Assembly: GCA_026395955.1 (NCBI GenBank)
Contig: JAPLXR010000007.1
Span: 1,957 to 65,956, forward strand
Direction of reading: 5' to 3'
Source: Candidatus Nomurabacteria bacterium
Lineage (GTDB): Bacteria; Patescibacteriota; Minisyncoccia; Phycocordibacterales; UBA9973
DNA: 64,000 nucleotides
Within the stretch, counting starts at the first letter, position 1. The number at the start of each line of letters is the position of its first letter. The notes beneath the pieces are model-generated. The model searched no databases. It was not told the origin of the DNA and was given only the letters and a program-made list of their open reading frames with translations. A program made the position numbers and the translations under genes. Shown here one piece after another: positions 1-8,988 of the stretch.

Positions 1-50
1 AGATAAAAAAATATTAGAGTTAAAATTAAACATAGAGTAATAAAAATAAA

Positions 51-86
51 GAGTGGATGAAACTATTTCATCCACTCTTTTTACTT
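51..86 (+). terminator. Rho-independent terminator of upstream gene (10-bp stem GAGTGGATGA/TCATCCACTC then T-run)
   Basis: Perfect inverted repeat 51-60/68-77 followed by TTTTTACTTTTT; a short ORF ends at ~40. Confidence 0.6.
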
Positions 87-240
87 TTTAACCCCAAAAT
101 GATAGTATAATCAATATATTTAACAGTTAATCAGTTTGTCTTCAGACACACAGTAGTGTACATCAGAAGTGTGAAACAACTTGTTATCACGTTTCACAGA
201 TGGAACAATACTCTAGTTTGGAGATAAACTAAACTTTTTC

Positions 241-284
241 TTTCCCTCTCTAAATCTACATTTGGGGAGGGTCAGGGAGGGGTA
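241..284. repeat. Degenerate copy (C) of GC-rich palindromic G4-capable repeat, 4 nt upstream of pnp ATG
   Basis: tttccctctc...tggggagggtcagggagggg resembles the core of the copies at 28038 and 45006; G-tracts at 264-282. Confidence 0.45.
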
Positions 285-292
285 AATAAATT

Positions 293-2446
293 ATGCAAAA
301 AAAAGAGTATGTAGTAGAAATCGGTGGAAAAATTATGACCGCTATTTTTTCAGATCTAGCTGACCAAGCCCATGGTAGTGTGATGTTGAAGTACGGCGAG
401 ACTATAGTATTAGCGACAGCTTGTATGAGTAAAGACAAGCAAGCAGGTTTAGGATTTTTTAATCTCACAGTTGATTACGCAGAAAAATTTTATGCGACTG
501 GAAAAATTCTCGGATCACAATATGTTCGTCGTGAAGGTAAACCATCAAACGAAGCAATCCTCGCATCTCGTGTAATCGATAGAACTATCCGCCCACTTTT
601 CGATCAAAATCTTCGCCATGCAGTGCAAGTCATCGTGACTGTTATCGCATGTGATGATAATGATCCAGCGATGCTCGCAGTGAATGCTGCATCACTCGCA
701 CTCGTCGTTTCAAATATTCCATGGAAGGGACCGATAGGTTGTGTGAGAATTGGAAAGTATGATGATGATAATTTAGTAGTGAATGCTTCAACGACAAAAA
801 GACAAGAAGAGTATCCTTACAAATTTGACCTCACAGTTTGCGGAAGAGAGGGAACAATAAATATGATCGAAGCTGCCGCAAGACAAGCAAAAGAAGAAGA
901 GCTCACCCTAGCATTAGAAACAGCAAGTAAAGAAATTACAAAGTTAGAAGATTTCCAAAAGAAGATCCAAGCTGAAATCGGAAAAACAAAAAGAGAAATA
1001 ATTCACGATAAAATAAGTGAAGAGTCTGTCACATTATTCAAAGAAAATATTTTACCAAAAATGGAAGCTGCTATTTTTGCCGGAGCAGGGAAAGCAAAGA
1101 TTGATGAATTACATTCTATCTGGAACGAACTTGTAAAAGAAAAATATCGCCAAGAAATAAAACAGGGTGATAGAAAAGATTTTCAATTAGAAGATGACCT
1201 TTTCGACGAAACAGAAAACGATATGCTTCACGAAAAAGCTATCAAAGAAAATCGTCGCGCTGATGGTCGCGCGATGGATGAAGTTCGTGAACTCTATGCG
1301 CAAGCTGGAGGTCTTTCAAAAATTTTACATGGCTCAGGAATTTTTTATCGTGGAGGAACACACGTTCTCTCTGCACTGACACTCGGTGGACCAGATGATA
1401 AACAAGAAGTGAATGGAATGGATTTACAAACTTCAAGAAGATTTATGCATCACTATAATTTTCCTCCATTCTCTGCAGGAGAACCAGGAAGAAGTGGTTT
1501 TACAAATCGTCGTGAGATAGGACACGGAGCACTCGCAGAAAAAGCATTGATGATGGTCTTACCAGAAAAAGAAATTTTTCCTTACACTATTCGTATCGTT
1601 TCTGAATCAACTGCATCAAACGGTTCAACTTCACAAGCAAGTATTTGTGCATCAACTCTCGCACTCATGGATGCTGGTGTTCCAATCAAAGCCCCTGTCG
1701 CAGGAATCGCAATGGGACTAATGTATGAAAATGATAATGCATATAAAATTTTGACAGACATTCAAGGTCCAGAAGATCATCATGGTGATATGGATTTCAA
1801 AGTTGCTGGAACACGTGAAGGAATCACTGCAATCCAACTCGATGTAAAAGTCGACGGTGTGCCAATAAAGATTTTGAGTGAAGCAATGGCCCAAAGTAAA
1901 AAAGCTCGTCTCACAATTCTCGACACTATTGAAAAGGAAATTGCTAAACCTCGTGATCATATTTCACCAAACGCTCCAGAAATTTTGATAATTAAAATCA
2001 AACCGGAACAAATAGGTGGAGTCATAGGATCAGGAGGAAAAGTCATTAAAGATATAAAAGAAAGAACAGGCGCAGAAATAACTATCGAAGACGATGGTAC
2101 AGTTTACTTCACTGGTCGCGATGGTTCTGCAGGAAAAGCAAAACAAATCGTTGAAGAAATGACACACCAATACGCTGTCGGAGATATGATAAACGGAGAA
2201 GTAGTAAAGATTGCAGACTTCGGTGCATTCGTCAGACTAAATGATTTTACAGATGGAATGGTTCACATTTCTGAAATTGCACCTTTCCGTGTTAACGCTG
2301 TAGCTGAGTTAATAAAAGAAGGAATGATTGTACCAGTAAAAGTTATCGGTATCGATGCACAAAGAGGAAAAATTAGTCTATCTATCAAAGAAGCAAATCC
2401 AACTTTCTTCCAACCAAAACTACCACCACAAATACCTCAAGCATAG
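293..2446 (+). CDS. pnp: Polynucleotide phosphorylase (PNPase): two RNase PH-like domains plus C-terminal KH and S1
   Basis: 717 aa with PNPase-typical N-terminus (KYGETIVLATA, FFNLTVDY), KH (GSGGKVIKDIKERTGAEI) and S1 (GEVVKIADFGAFV) motifs. Confidence 0.95.
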   Translation: MQKKEYVVEIGGKIMTAIFSDLADQAHGSVMLKYGETIVLATACMSKDKQAGLGFFNLTVDYAEKFYATGKILGSQYVRREGKPSNEAILASRVIDRTIRPLFDQNLRHAVQVIVTVIACDDNDPAMLAVNAASLALVVSNIPWKGPIGCVRIGKYDDDNLVVNASTTKRQEEYPYKFDLTVCGREGTINMIEAAARQAKEEELTLALETASKEITKLEDFQKKIQAEIGKTKREIIHDKISEESVTLFKENILPKMEAAIFAGAGKAKIDELHSIWNELVKEKYRQEIKQGDRKDFQLEDDLFDETENDMLHEKAIKENRRADGRAMDEVRELYAQAGGLSKILHGSGIFYRGGTHVLSALTLGGPDDKQEVNGMDLQTSRRFMHHYNFPPFSAGEPGRSGFTNRREIGHGALAEKALMMVLPEKEIFPYTIRIVSESTASNGSTSQASICASTLALMDAGVPIKAPVAGIAMGLMYENDNAYKILTDIQGPEDHHGDMDFKVAGTREGITAIQLDVKVDGVPIKILSEAMAQSKKARLTILDTIEKEIAKPRDHISPNAPEILIIKIKPEQIGGVIGSGGKVIKDIKERTGAEITIEDDGTVYFTGRDGSAGKAKQIVEEMTHQYAVGDMINGEVVKIADFGAFVRLNDFTDGMVHISEIAPFRVNAVAELIKEGMIVPVKVIGIDAQRGKISLSIKEANPTFFQPKLPPQIPQA

Positions 2447-2454
2447 CCAAAATA

Positions 2455-2478
2455 AAAAGCCCCATTTGGGGCTTTTTA
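2455..2478 (+). terminator. Intrinsic terminator after pnp
   Basis: aaaaGCCCCatttGGGGCttttt hairpin plus T-run. Confidence 0.7.
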
Positions 2479-2541
2479 TTTTATTGCTTTTTATTATAAA
2501 AGTACTAAACTTAAAACAAAAGTACTTAAAACACAGAAATC

Positions 2542-2730
2542 ATGCCTGAACAAAAAGCCTCTATGTACGAGCTGTTTAAAAATGGTCCAAATTTTGAATT
2601 CAAAAAAATAGATTATTCTTCTCCTAAAATTACAAAAGAAGTTGAAGAACTTAAAAAACAAAAGGAAAAAATTCAAAATCAAGCCAAAGTATCCATTTGG
2701 GAACTGCAGCAAATTGTATTTACAATTTAA
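2542..2730 (+). CDS. Small hypothetical protein (62 aa)
   Basis: ORF bracketed by the pnp terminator and its own terminator; no recognisable motifs. Confidence 0.35.
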   Translation: MPEQKASMYELFKNGPNFEFKKIDYSSPKITKEVEELKKQKEKIQNQAKVSIWELQQIVFTI

Positions 2731-2732
2731 AT

Positions 2733-2765
2733 AAAATCTCATTATTATAGTGAGATTTTTTTATT
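2733..2765 (+). terminator. Intrinsic terminator
   Basis: aaaatctca / tgagatttt inverted repeat followed by a T-run. Confidence 0.6.
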
Positions 2766-2766
2766 T

Positions 2767-3678
2767 TTGGTATACTTATTGAATATGGAAGGGAATGAAT
2801 TAAATACTCCAAAACCAATTGAAATAAAAGAAGAGCCAATCCTAACTAAAAATGGAATGGTGCAGACATATGCCGAAGATATGGCAAAAGCTGCAGAAAG
2901 TTTACAGGGAATGGAATTAAAAAAACTTATCGAACGTGATGAGCAATTTGGTGAGCAAAAAGAAAACCTTTCTCCTGAATCAAAGAAGAACAAGATCTTG
3001 ATGATTATTTCTACTATTTTAATGATCGCTACTGTAACACTAGTCTTTTTGGTATATAAAAAAAGTAATACTATAGTCAGTATACCTGTAATACAACAAA
3101 ACAAATCAATAATTTATACAGATAAAACTCAGTTCCTATCTATCGATGGATTAAACAAAGATCAAATAATTCAAACAATTAAAAATGAAGTTTCTTCTAC
3201 AGACGTAAAAAGTGGAGGGATAGAGAGTATTTATCTAACTGAAAACAAACAAGTTATTGGTTTTAATAGATTTACAACACTACTCAATCTAAATATTCCG
3301 AACGAAGTTTCAAGTTACACAAATGACAATTTCCTTATAGGAGCATACAACGGTTCTACTAAATCATTCTTTATATTATTGAAAGTAAAATCATTTACAG
3401 ATATTTTCCCTGGATTTAAGTTATGGGAAAATAAAATGTTTAGTGATTTATATAATCTTTTTGGTATAAATTTAAATACCGACAATCAAGACTTGTTAAC
3501 AAAAGATTTTGCTGACAGTATTTTAAATAACAAAAATGCTCGTACTTTATATGACAAAGACAATAATCCTATTTTAGAATATGTATATGCTAGTGATACT
3601 TCTGTAGTGATAATTGCAAACAACGAAACAGCTCGTGAAATAATGACTAGACTTTCTGTAAATCCTCTTGGGAATTAA
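2767..3678 (+). CDS. Hypothetical single-pass membrane protein (start may be the Met at 2785)
   Basis: 303-aa ORF with one hydrophobic helix (ILMIISTILMIATVTLVFLVY) and a non-repetitive C-terminal domain. Confidence 0.55.
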   Translation: MVYLLNMEGNELNTPKPIEIKEEPILTKNGMVQTYAEDMAKAAESLQGMELKKLIERDEQFGEQKENLSPESKKNKILMIISTILMIATVTLVFLVYKKSNTIVSIPVIQQNKSIIYTDKTQFLSIDGLNKDQIIQTIKNEVSSTDVKSGGIESIYLTENKQVIGFNRFTTLLNLNIPNEVSSYTNDNFLIGAYNGSTKSFFILLKVKSFTDIFPGFKLWENKMFSDLYNLFGINLNTDNQDLLTKDFADSILNNKNARTLYDKDNNPILEYVYASDTSVVIIANNETAREIMTRLSVNPLGN

Positions 3679-3726
3679 GCTTAAAAAATTGATTGCCTTA
3701 AAAATAGAAAGTGCTATCATTTAGGC

Positions 3727-4086
3727 ATGACATTAAACAAAGAAAAAATTAAAGAAGAATTAGAAAAAGAAAGAGATGCTTTAAAAACCCAAATGGGTGA
3801 TATGGCCAAGCTAAACCCTGAGACAGGCGAATGGGAAGCTCAACCAGAAGCTCAAGATTTCCCTGAAGCTGATTTGAATGACCAAGCCGACCGTTTTGAA
3901 GAATTCGAAAGTCGTAGTTCAATGATAAAAGATTTAGGTATCAGATGGAAAAATATATTATCTTCATTAAAAAATATAAACAAGGCCTCTTTTGCAAAAT
4001 GTTCAGTATGTGGAAAAGATATTGAAGCAGCTAGAATGAAAGCCAATCCAGCAGCAAAGACTTGTAAAAAGCATTTAGAAAATTAA
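3727..4086 (+). CDS. DksA/TraR-family C4 zinc-finger protein
   Basis: C-terminal CxxC...C-x-K-H pattern (CSVCGKDIEAARMKANPAAKTCKKH) after an acidic coiled-coil N-terminus. Confidence 0.6.
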   Translation: MTLNKEKIKEELEKERDALKTQMGDMAKLNPETGEWEAQPEAQDFPEADLNDQADRFEEFESRSSMIKDLGIRWKNILSSLKNINKASFAKCSVCGKDIEAARMKANPAAKTCKKHLEN

Positions 4087-4096
4087 GAAAAGAAAA

Positions 4097-4131
4097 AAGA
4101 GCAGTTGTATATAATACAGCTGCTCTTTTGA
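4097..4131. terminator. Bidirectional terminator between convergent genes
   Basis: 13-bp near-perfect inverted repeat agagcagttgtat/atacagctgctct with flanking A/T runs. Confidence 0.6.
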
Positions 4132-4596
4132 TTAATTTTTTCTACTCCAAGTATTTTCTATTGGCTCTTGTGGAAAATTATCCAGTATCCATGCAATTGC
4201 TGAAATAGCAGCTCCTCCAGTCATTCTACCTCCTCCAATAACAGGAATGCATTCGCAATCAAAACATACATCTGCTCCAGCTTCTAGAACTTCTTTTGAT
4301 GTTGTTTGTATTGTTGTACTAATAAAAATTATTTTTGTTCTTGGGCTTATCTCTTTTACTTTTTTTATTACATGGCAATTAGATTCAGGGCCGCTAAGAT
4401 AGTTCATGGCAAAGAAATCTGGTTTATTTTCTATAAGCAAGTTAAGATTTTTTATTTCATGTTTTTCATAATCAAATTCTAAATCTCCTGGGTATATAAA
4501 CATATTAGTGACTTCCTTGTTAAAGTATTGATGCAGTGTCCTTTGTAAATAGGACACACCACTTCTACATCCCATTATTGTTATGTTTTTTCTCAT
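4132..4596 (-). CDS. Hypothetical protein, Rossmann-like (GGGRMTGG motif), function unknown
   Basis: 154-aa ORF with alternating beta-alpha character and a glycine-rich loop; family not recognised. Confidence 0.5.
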   Translation of the reverse strand: MRKNITIMGCRSGVSYLQRTLHQYFNKEVTNMFIYPGDLEFDYEKHEIKNLNLLIENKPDFFAMNYLSGPESNCHVIKKVKEISPRTKIIFISTTIQTTSKEVLEAGADVCFDCECIPVIGGGRMTGGAAISAIAWILDNFPQEPIENTWSRKN

Positions 4597-4700
4597 TTTA
4601 TTTATTTTTTAATGAACATTTATATTATTTACACTATCAACCAACAAATTTCTTTATTAATTGAACAATGTGGGCGAGAAATTCTCTCGCCCAAAATTAA

Positions 4701-5054
4701 TTAAATGGTTATTGTTCTCTCTCGGGTAATAGTAAAAACTATTCCGTCTTTAGTGCGTGATATCTTTGATACACACTCACCATCTTCTAACTCCAATTTC
4801 TGCTTCAAAAAAATATTAGACTGCTTATGAACACGACCAACCACTCCTAGAAACAAGTGGTCTTTTTGTCCGTTCTCTTTATCATCCATCAAACCAAGTT
4901 CTCTTATTTTCTCTTTTTGCTCTTTCGTAAATTGATCTCCCCATTTACAGCAAAAACAGTCCTCACTCGAGATTTCATTGATTTGTAAACCAACTATTTC
5001 AAAGAATTTATGTAGTATTTCAATAAACTTTTCTTCTGTTATCTTATTTTCCAT
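4701..5054 (-). CDS. Hypothetical protein (117 aa)
   Basis: Clean ORF, likely co-oriented operon with 4132..4596; Cys cluster CFCCKWGD. Confidence 0.45.
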   Translation of the reverse strand: MENKITEEKFIEILHKFFEIVGLQINEISSEDCFCCKWGDQFTKEQKEKIRELGLMDDKENGQKDHLFLGVVGRVHKQSNIFLKQKLELEDGECVSKISRTKDGIVFTITRERTITI

Positions 5055-5215
5055 TATCTATATTTACCCTATCCTTGGTAGGGGATCTTTAAAACGTTTG
5101 TAATGAACTTATTTCTGGGTATAGTATAGCAGTATTTTATGTTAATGTCAATTATAGTAACACTATATGCTATAAAACTATTTAAATATAAGGGTATTTG
5201 TAGTATATTATTAGT

Positions 5216-5232
5216 TGTCAGAATAGTTGACA
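5216..5232. promoter_or_regulatory. Palindrome TGTCA-N7-TGACA just upstream of the TrmB-like gene (candidate operator)
   Basis: Perfect 5-bp arms at 5216-5220 and 5228-5232, overlapping a TTGACA -35-like hexamer. Confidence 0.3.
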
Positions 5233-5261
5233 AATAGATGTTATTGGAATATACTAGGTTT

Positions 5262-6002
5262 ATGTCACAAGAACTATCAAAAACCCTTGAAAAGCTCGGT
5301 CTTTCTGATAAACAAGCAAAGGTATATGTTGCTGGGCTGAAACTCGGCAGATTTTCAGTATTGGCTTTAGCAGAAAAGACAGGCATCAAAAGACCAACAT
5401 GTTACTTAATTTTAGATGAACTTATAAAAAAAGGTTTGATTTCAACATATCCAAAAGAAAAGAAGGTTATTTATGTAGCCGAACATCCAAACAATCTTTT
5501 GAAGCAAGCAGCTGATGCGTATGCAACCGCAAAGGAACTAATGCCAGAATTACAAAATTTAATAAACACCAATGCAGAAAAACCAGTGTTGAAAGTTTAT
5601 TCAGGGCAGAGTGGAATACAAAATATTTATGAAGATATGACTGATGAAGGAAAGGATTTATTTTACTTTGGATCAGTGAAGGAACTAGTTGAATCTGTCG
5701 GGCAGGAATTTTTGGATAATTGGATTAAAAAAAGAATTGCAAAAGGAATGAAATCGAAGAGTATCAGAATACGAGAAAAAGAAATGGATTACAAATTGTA
5801 CGGAAACTCACCAGAAAATCTTAGAACAATAAGATATGCACCAGAAGGTTTCACAATGCCATACACTATTTATATTTACAGTAAAAAAGTGGCGTTTGTT
5901 TCAACGAAAAAAGACCTGTTTGGTTTTATTGTAGAGAGTGACGACTTGGCAAAATCAATGAAGGCATTATTTGATGTAGTGTGGAATATTTCAACAAACT
6001 AG
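5262..6002 (+). CDS. TrmB-family transcriptional regulator (N-terminal winged HTH)
   Basis: LEKLGLSDKQAKVYVAGLKLGRFSVLALAEKTGIKRPTCYLILDELIKKGLIS matches the TrmB HTH pattern; alternative start at 5238. Confidence 0.65.
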   Translation: MSQELSKTLEKLGLSDKQAKVYVAGLKLGRFSVLALAEKTGIKRPTCYLILDELIKKGLISTYPKEKKVIYVAEHPNNLLKQAADAYATAKELMPELQNLINTNAEKPVLKVYSGQSGIQNIYEDMTDEGKDLFYFGSVKELVESVGQEFLDNWIKKRIAKGMKSKSIRIREKEMDYKLYGNSPENLRTIRYAPEGFTMPYTIYIYSKKVAFVSTKKDLFGFIVESDDLAKSMKALFDVVWNISTN

Positions 6003-6038
6003 CTTTTATTTTAAAAAACAAATTGATATAATTAAATT

Positions 6039-7610
6039 ATGAGTTTTGCAAAAGTTTATTCTGCGCAAATTAATTTACTCACCGGCACGATTGTCACAAT
6101 AGAGACAGACCTCTCTCGAGGTTTAAATGCTTTTACAATTGTTGGACTACCAGATAAGGCAGTAGATGAAGCGCGCGACCGAGTAGGGAGCGCGCTTAAA
6201 AATTCTGGCTACGAATCTCCAAAAAGTAAAAACCAGAAAACCGTAGTCTCACTCGCACCAGCAGATCTTAAAAAAGAAGGACCATATTTCGACCTTGGTA
6301 TTGCTGTCGCATATTTACTAGCAACAAATGAAATAAAATTTAATACAGAAAACAAAATTTTCCTCGGTGAGCTTTCGCTCAATGGTGATTTGAAAAGTAT
6401 CCGTGGAGTTTTACCTTTAGTCCAAGAAGCAAAACACCAAGGATTTGAAGAAATTTATTTACCGAAAGAAAATGCTGTCGAGGCCGCACTCGTAGATGGA
6501 ATAAAAATTTTTGGTGCTGATACTTTAAAACAAGTTATTGAACATATAGATGAAAGTAAAATACAATTAGAAGAAGACGATGACGAAATCAGAAAAACAA
6601 AAAAGAAAATTACTCTCCAACCAAAAACAGAAATAATTTTTGAAAAAATAATTACTAATGCAGACTTTTCAGATATTCGCGGACAAGAAGGTGCAAAGAG
6701 AGGTCTCGAAATAGCGGCCGCAGGCGGACACAACATAGCAATGTCAGGCCCACCAGGCACAGGAAAGACAATGCTCGCTCGAGCATTTAGTGGATTGCTT
6801 CCTGATCTGAGCATCGATGAAGTTTTAGAAATTACAGGTATACATTCTATCGTCGGTGCGAATGGAGGTGAACTTGTAAAAAATGCTCCGTTCCGTTCAC
6901 CACACCATACTTCATCTTATGTCTCACTCATCGGAGGAGGAACTTTCCCAAAACCAGGTGAGGTAACTCTCGCACATCGTGGAGTTTTATTTCTCGATGA
7001 ATTTCCCGAATTTGATAAGAGAGTGATGGAGTCTCTACGCCAACCACTCGAAGACAATATAGTAACAATTTCTCGCGCAAAAGGTACAGCTGTTTTTCCT
7101 TCTAATTTTATTTTAGTTGCTGCTATGAATCCTTGTCCATGTGGCAACCAAGGCAATAAACAAAAAGCCTGTATTTGTAAACAAAATGATTTAGATAGAT
7201 ACAAGAGAAAACTTTCTGGCCCAATAATGGACCGTATCGATTTATGGATCACAGTCAGCAATATTGATTATAAAAAATTAGGAGAAAAAGGGGATGGAGA
7301 AAGAAGTGAAACAATTCGTGAGAGAGTTATAAAAGCTAGAAAAATCCAAAAAGAAAGATTTGAAAAGGCTGAAAGAAAAATAACTTCCAACAGTGAAATG
7401 AATGTAAAAGATTTAACATTACTTATTAAACTAACAGACGAAGTTCGCAGTTTGCTCGAAGAAAGTTCTGAACGCCTAGCACTCTCAGCTCGTGCTTATC
7501 ATCGTGTTATAAAAATAGCCCGCACAATTGCGGACTTGGAAAATTCTATAGACATAGAAAAACATCATATACTCGAAGCGATACAATATAGACCTAAGGT
7601 GCAAATTTAA
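6039..7610 (+). CDS. comM: YifB/ComM-family Mg-chelatase-like AAA+ ATPase
   Basis: N-terminal Lon-protease-like domain, Walker A GPPGTGKT, Walker B LFLDEFPEF, C-terminal ChlI-like region. Confidence 0.85.
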   Translation: MSFAKVYSAQINLLTGTIVTIETDLSRGLNAFTIVGLPDKAVDEARDRVGSALKNSGYESPKSKNQKTVVSLAPADLKKEGPYFDLGIAVAYLLATNEIKFNTENKIFLGELSLNGDLKSIRGVLPLVQEAKHQGFEEIYLPKENAVEAALVDGIKIFGADTLKQVIEHIDESKIQLEEDDDEIRKTKKKITLQPKTEIIFEKIITNADFSDIRGQEGAKRGLEIAAAGGHNIAMSGPPGTGKTMLARAFSGLLPDLSIDEVLEITGIHSIVGANGGELVKNAPFRSPHHTSSYVSLIGGGTFPKPGEVTLAHRGVLFLDEFPEFDKRVMESLRQPLEDNIVTISRAKGTAVFPSNFILVAAMNPCPCGNQGNKQKACICKQNDLDRYKRKLSGPIMDRIDLWITVSNIDYKKLGEKGDGERSETIRERVIKARKIQKERFEKAERKITSNSEMNVKDLTLLIKLTDEVRSLLEESSERLALSARAYHRVIKIARTIADLENSIDIEKHHILEAIQYRPKVQI

Positions 7611-7613
7611 CAA

Positions 7614-7702
7614 AAAAACCCCTTACAAAAAATTTCTGTCCGAGGGTCCCACCCAGTATTCTGAGAAGGGCGCAGGACGAAATTTTTTGTAAGGGTTTTA
7701 AA
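7614..7702. terminator. Long AT-rich stem (~21 bp) enclosing a GC-rich 42-nt loop; probable bidirectional terminator or structured element
   Basis: aaaaccccttacaaaaaatttc ... gaaattttttgtaagggtttta; the loop contains a GTCC...GGAC substem. Confidence 0.45.
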
Positions 7703-7708
7703 ATTTAA

Positions 7709-8779
7709 TTATTGAGCCCAAGAGTTATCAAAGCCTGGATTCCATCCACCACGTACTTCGAAATGAAGGTGAGGACCAGTAGAGTGACCAGTAGAACCCA
7801 CATAACCGATTATTTGTCCTTGATAAACACTGTCTCCAATAGACACATTTAATTTTGTTTGGTGCGCATAATATGTTTGCATACCATTTGGGTGTTGGAT
7901 AATAACCAAGTTACCATAACCACCATTTTTTCCATAACGAGCAAAGATAACTTTACCTTTTGCTGCAGCCTTGATAGGTGTGCCTATAACATGACAACTC
8001 ATATCTACAGCATATTTATCATGTCTTCCTTGAGTAAGTCCACAAGGGATTGGTTTAATGAAATATCCAGCTGAAGATTTCATATTTGTATTCTTGTTCC
8101 AAGGTAAACTACCACCTTGTTTAATACTACCTGATTGAGAAGATGCTGTGTTTGGAATGTCTGCACCTGGAATAACAAGTTGATCTCCAATATTTAGGTT
8201 TACATCTATAGAAATATCATTAAAAGAAGTTATATCTTCAACGTCTACATTGTATATTTTAGCTATTATTTTCAATGTTTGACCTTTTGTCACTACATGA
8301 ACAACCCCAGAAACAGGAGGTATAAGCAAAGTATCTCCTTCAGTCAAAGGTGCACCTCTCTTTAAATCGTTAGCCCATATTATGGTATTAGAAGAAACAC
8401 CAAACATTTTAGCTATACCAGCCAAAGAATCTCCTTTTCTAATTACGTACACACTTATTTGATCGGCAGAAGCATCTGCTTCATCTGAACTAGTACCCAT
8501 AGCACTAGTAGCAGGTAATAGAGCACTATCTGAAAGAATATTAACATCCTCAGTAGAAGTGACGTCTTTTGAAACTACAGCCAAAGGAGAAACATTCGCC
8601 TGAAGAGCTGTATTTTGAATAGTATTATCAACAATAGTGGCATTATCAGCAGAAGCAGAAGAGCCTAAAAATAGATCTGAGACAAAATTAGCTTTTGCAG
8701 AAAAAGGTGCAAAAAAGACCCCAAACACTAAGAAAAGGGCTAAAATTGAAAATACTGTTTTAAATTGAGGTTTTTTCAT
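7709..8779 (-). CDS. Secreted M23-family peptidase with two LysM domains
   Basis: Signal peptide; LysM repeats (YVIRKGDSLAGIAKMFGVS..., HVVTKGQTLKIIAKIYNV...); M23 motifs HxxxD and GSTGHSTGPHLHFE. Confidence 0.85.
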   Translation of the reverse strand: MKKPQFKTVFSILALFLVFGVFFAPFSAKANFVSDLFLGSSASADNATIVDNTIQNTALQANVSPLAVVSKDVTSTEDVNILSDSALLPATSAMGTSSDEADASADQISVYVIRKGDSLAGIAKMFGVSSNTIIWANDLKRGAPLTEGDTLLIPPVSGVVHVVTKGQTLKIIAKIYNVDVEDITSFNDISIDVNLNIGDQLVIPGADIPNTASSQSGSIKQGGSLPWNKNTNMKSSAGYFIKPIPCGLTQGRHDKYAVDMSCHVIGTPIKAAAKGKVIFARYGKNGGYGNLVIIQHPNGMQTYYAHQTKLNVSIGDSVYQGQIIGYVGSTGHSTGPHLHFEVRGGWNPGFDNSWAQ

Positions 8780-8866
8780 AAATTATGACTGAGTATCGGT
8801 ATTTCGGACAGGTCTTTCGTTCATCTGTAGCGGTATATATTAAGGGTACCTCTTTGGATGTCGATA

Positions 8867-8897
8867 GTCAATGGGGGTGTGGAAAACACCCATTGAC
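8867..8897. promoter_or_regulatory. Strong hairpin/inverted repeat overlapping the -35 of the downstream promoter (candidate operator)
   Basis: gtcaatggg / cccattgac 9-bp perfect arms with an inner 2-bp extension; the 3' arm contains TTGACA. Confidence 0.35.
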
Positions 8898-8921
8898 AAA
8901 ACTAAATAAAAGGTATATAAT
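8893..8921 (+). promoter_or_regulatory. Consensus sigma70-type promoter (TTGACA-17-TATAAT) for the 8989 gene
   Basis: TTGACA 8893-8898, 17-nt spacer, TATAAT 8916-8921. Confidence 0.6.
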
Positions 8922-8988
8922 ATATAGGTATAAAAGCTCAAAAAATTAGGTATTATCAGACAAACGTTTTATAATATAAATATAAAAA

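Noticed and set aside
1-40. 3' end of rpsO upstream of pnp (common rpsO-pnp arrangement)
   Set aside because: The only ORF ending here translates to ...DKKILELKLNIE, which does not resemble the S15 C-terminus; too little sequence to call.
4673-4692. GC-rich 8-bp hairpin between the two small minus-strand genes as an intrinsic terminator
   Set aside because: The U-run precedes rather than follows the hairpin in the minus-strand transcript and no T-run follows on the plus strand; kept only as a hairpin, possibly an RNA processing or attenuation site.
6455-6814. 119-aa minus-strand ORF inside comM
   Set aside because: Antisense to a well-supported conserved gene, low-complexity Ser/Ile-rich translation; a typical shadow ORF.
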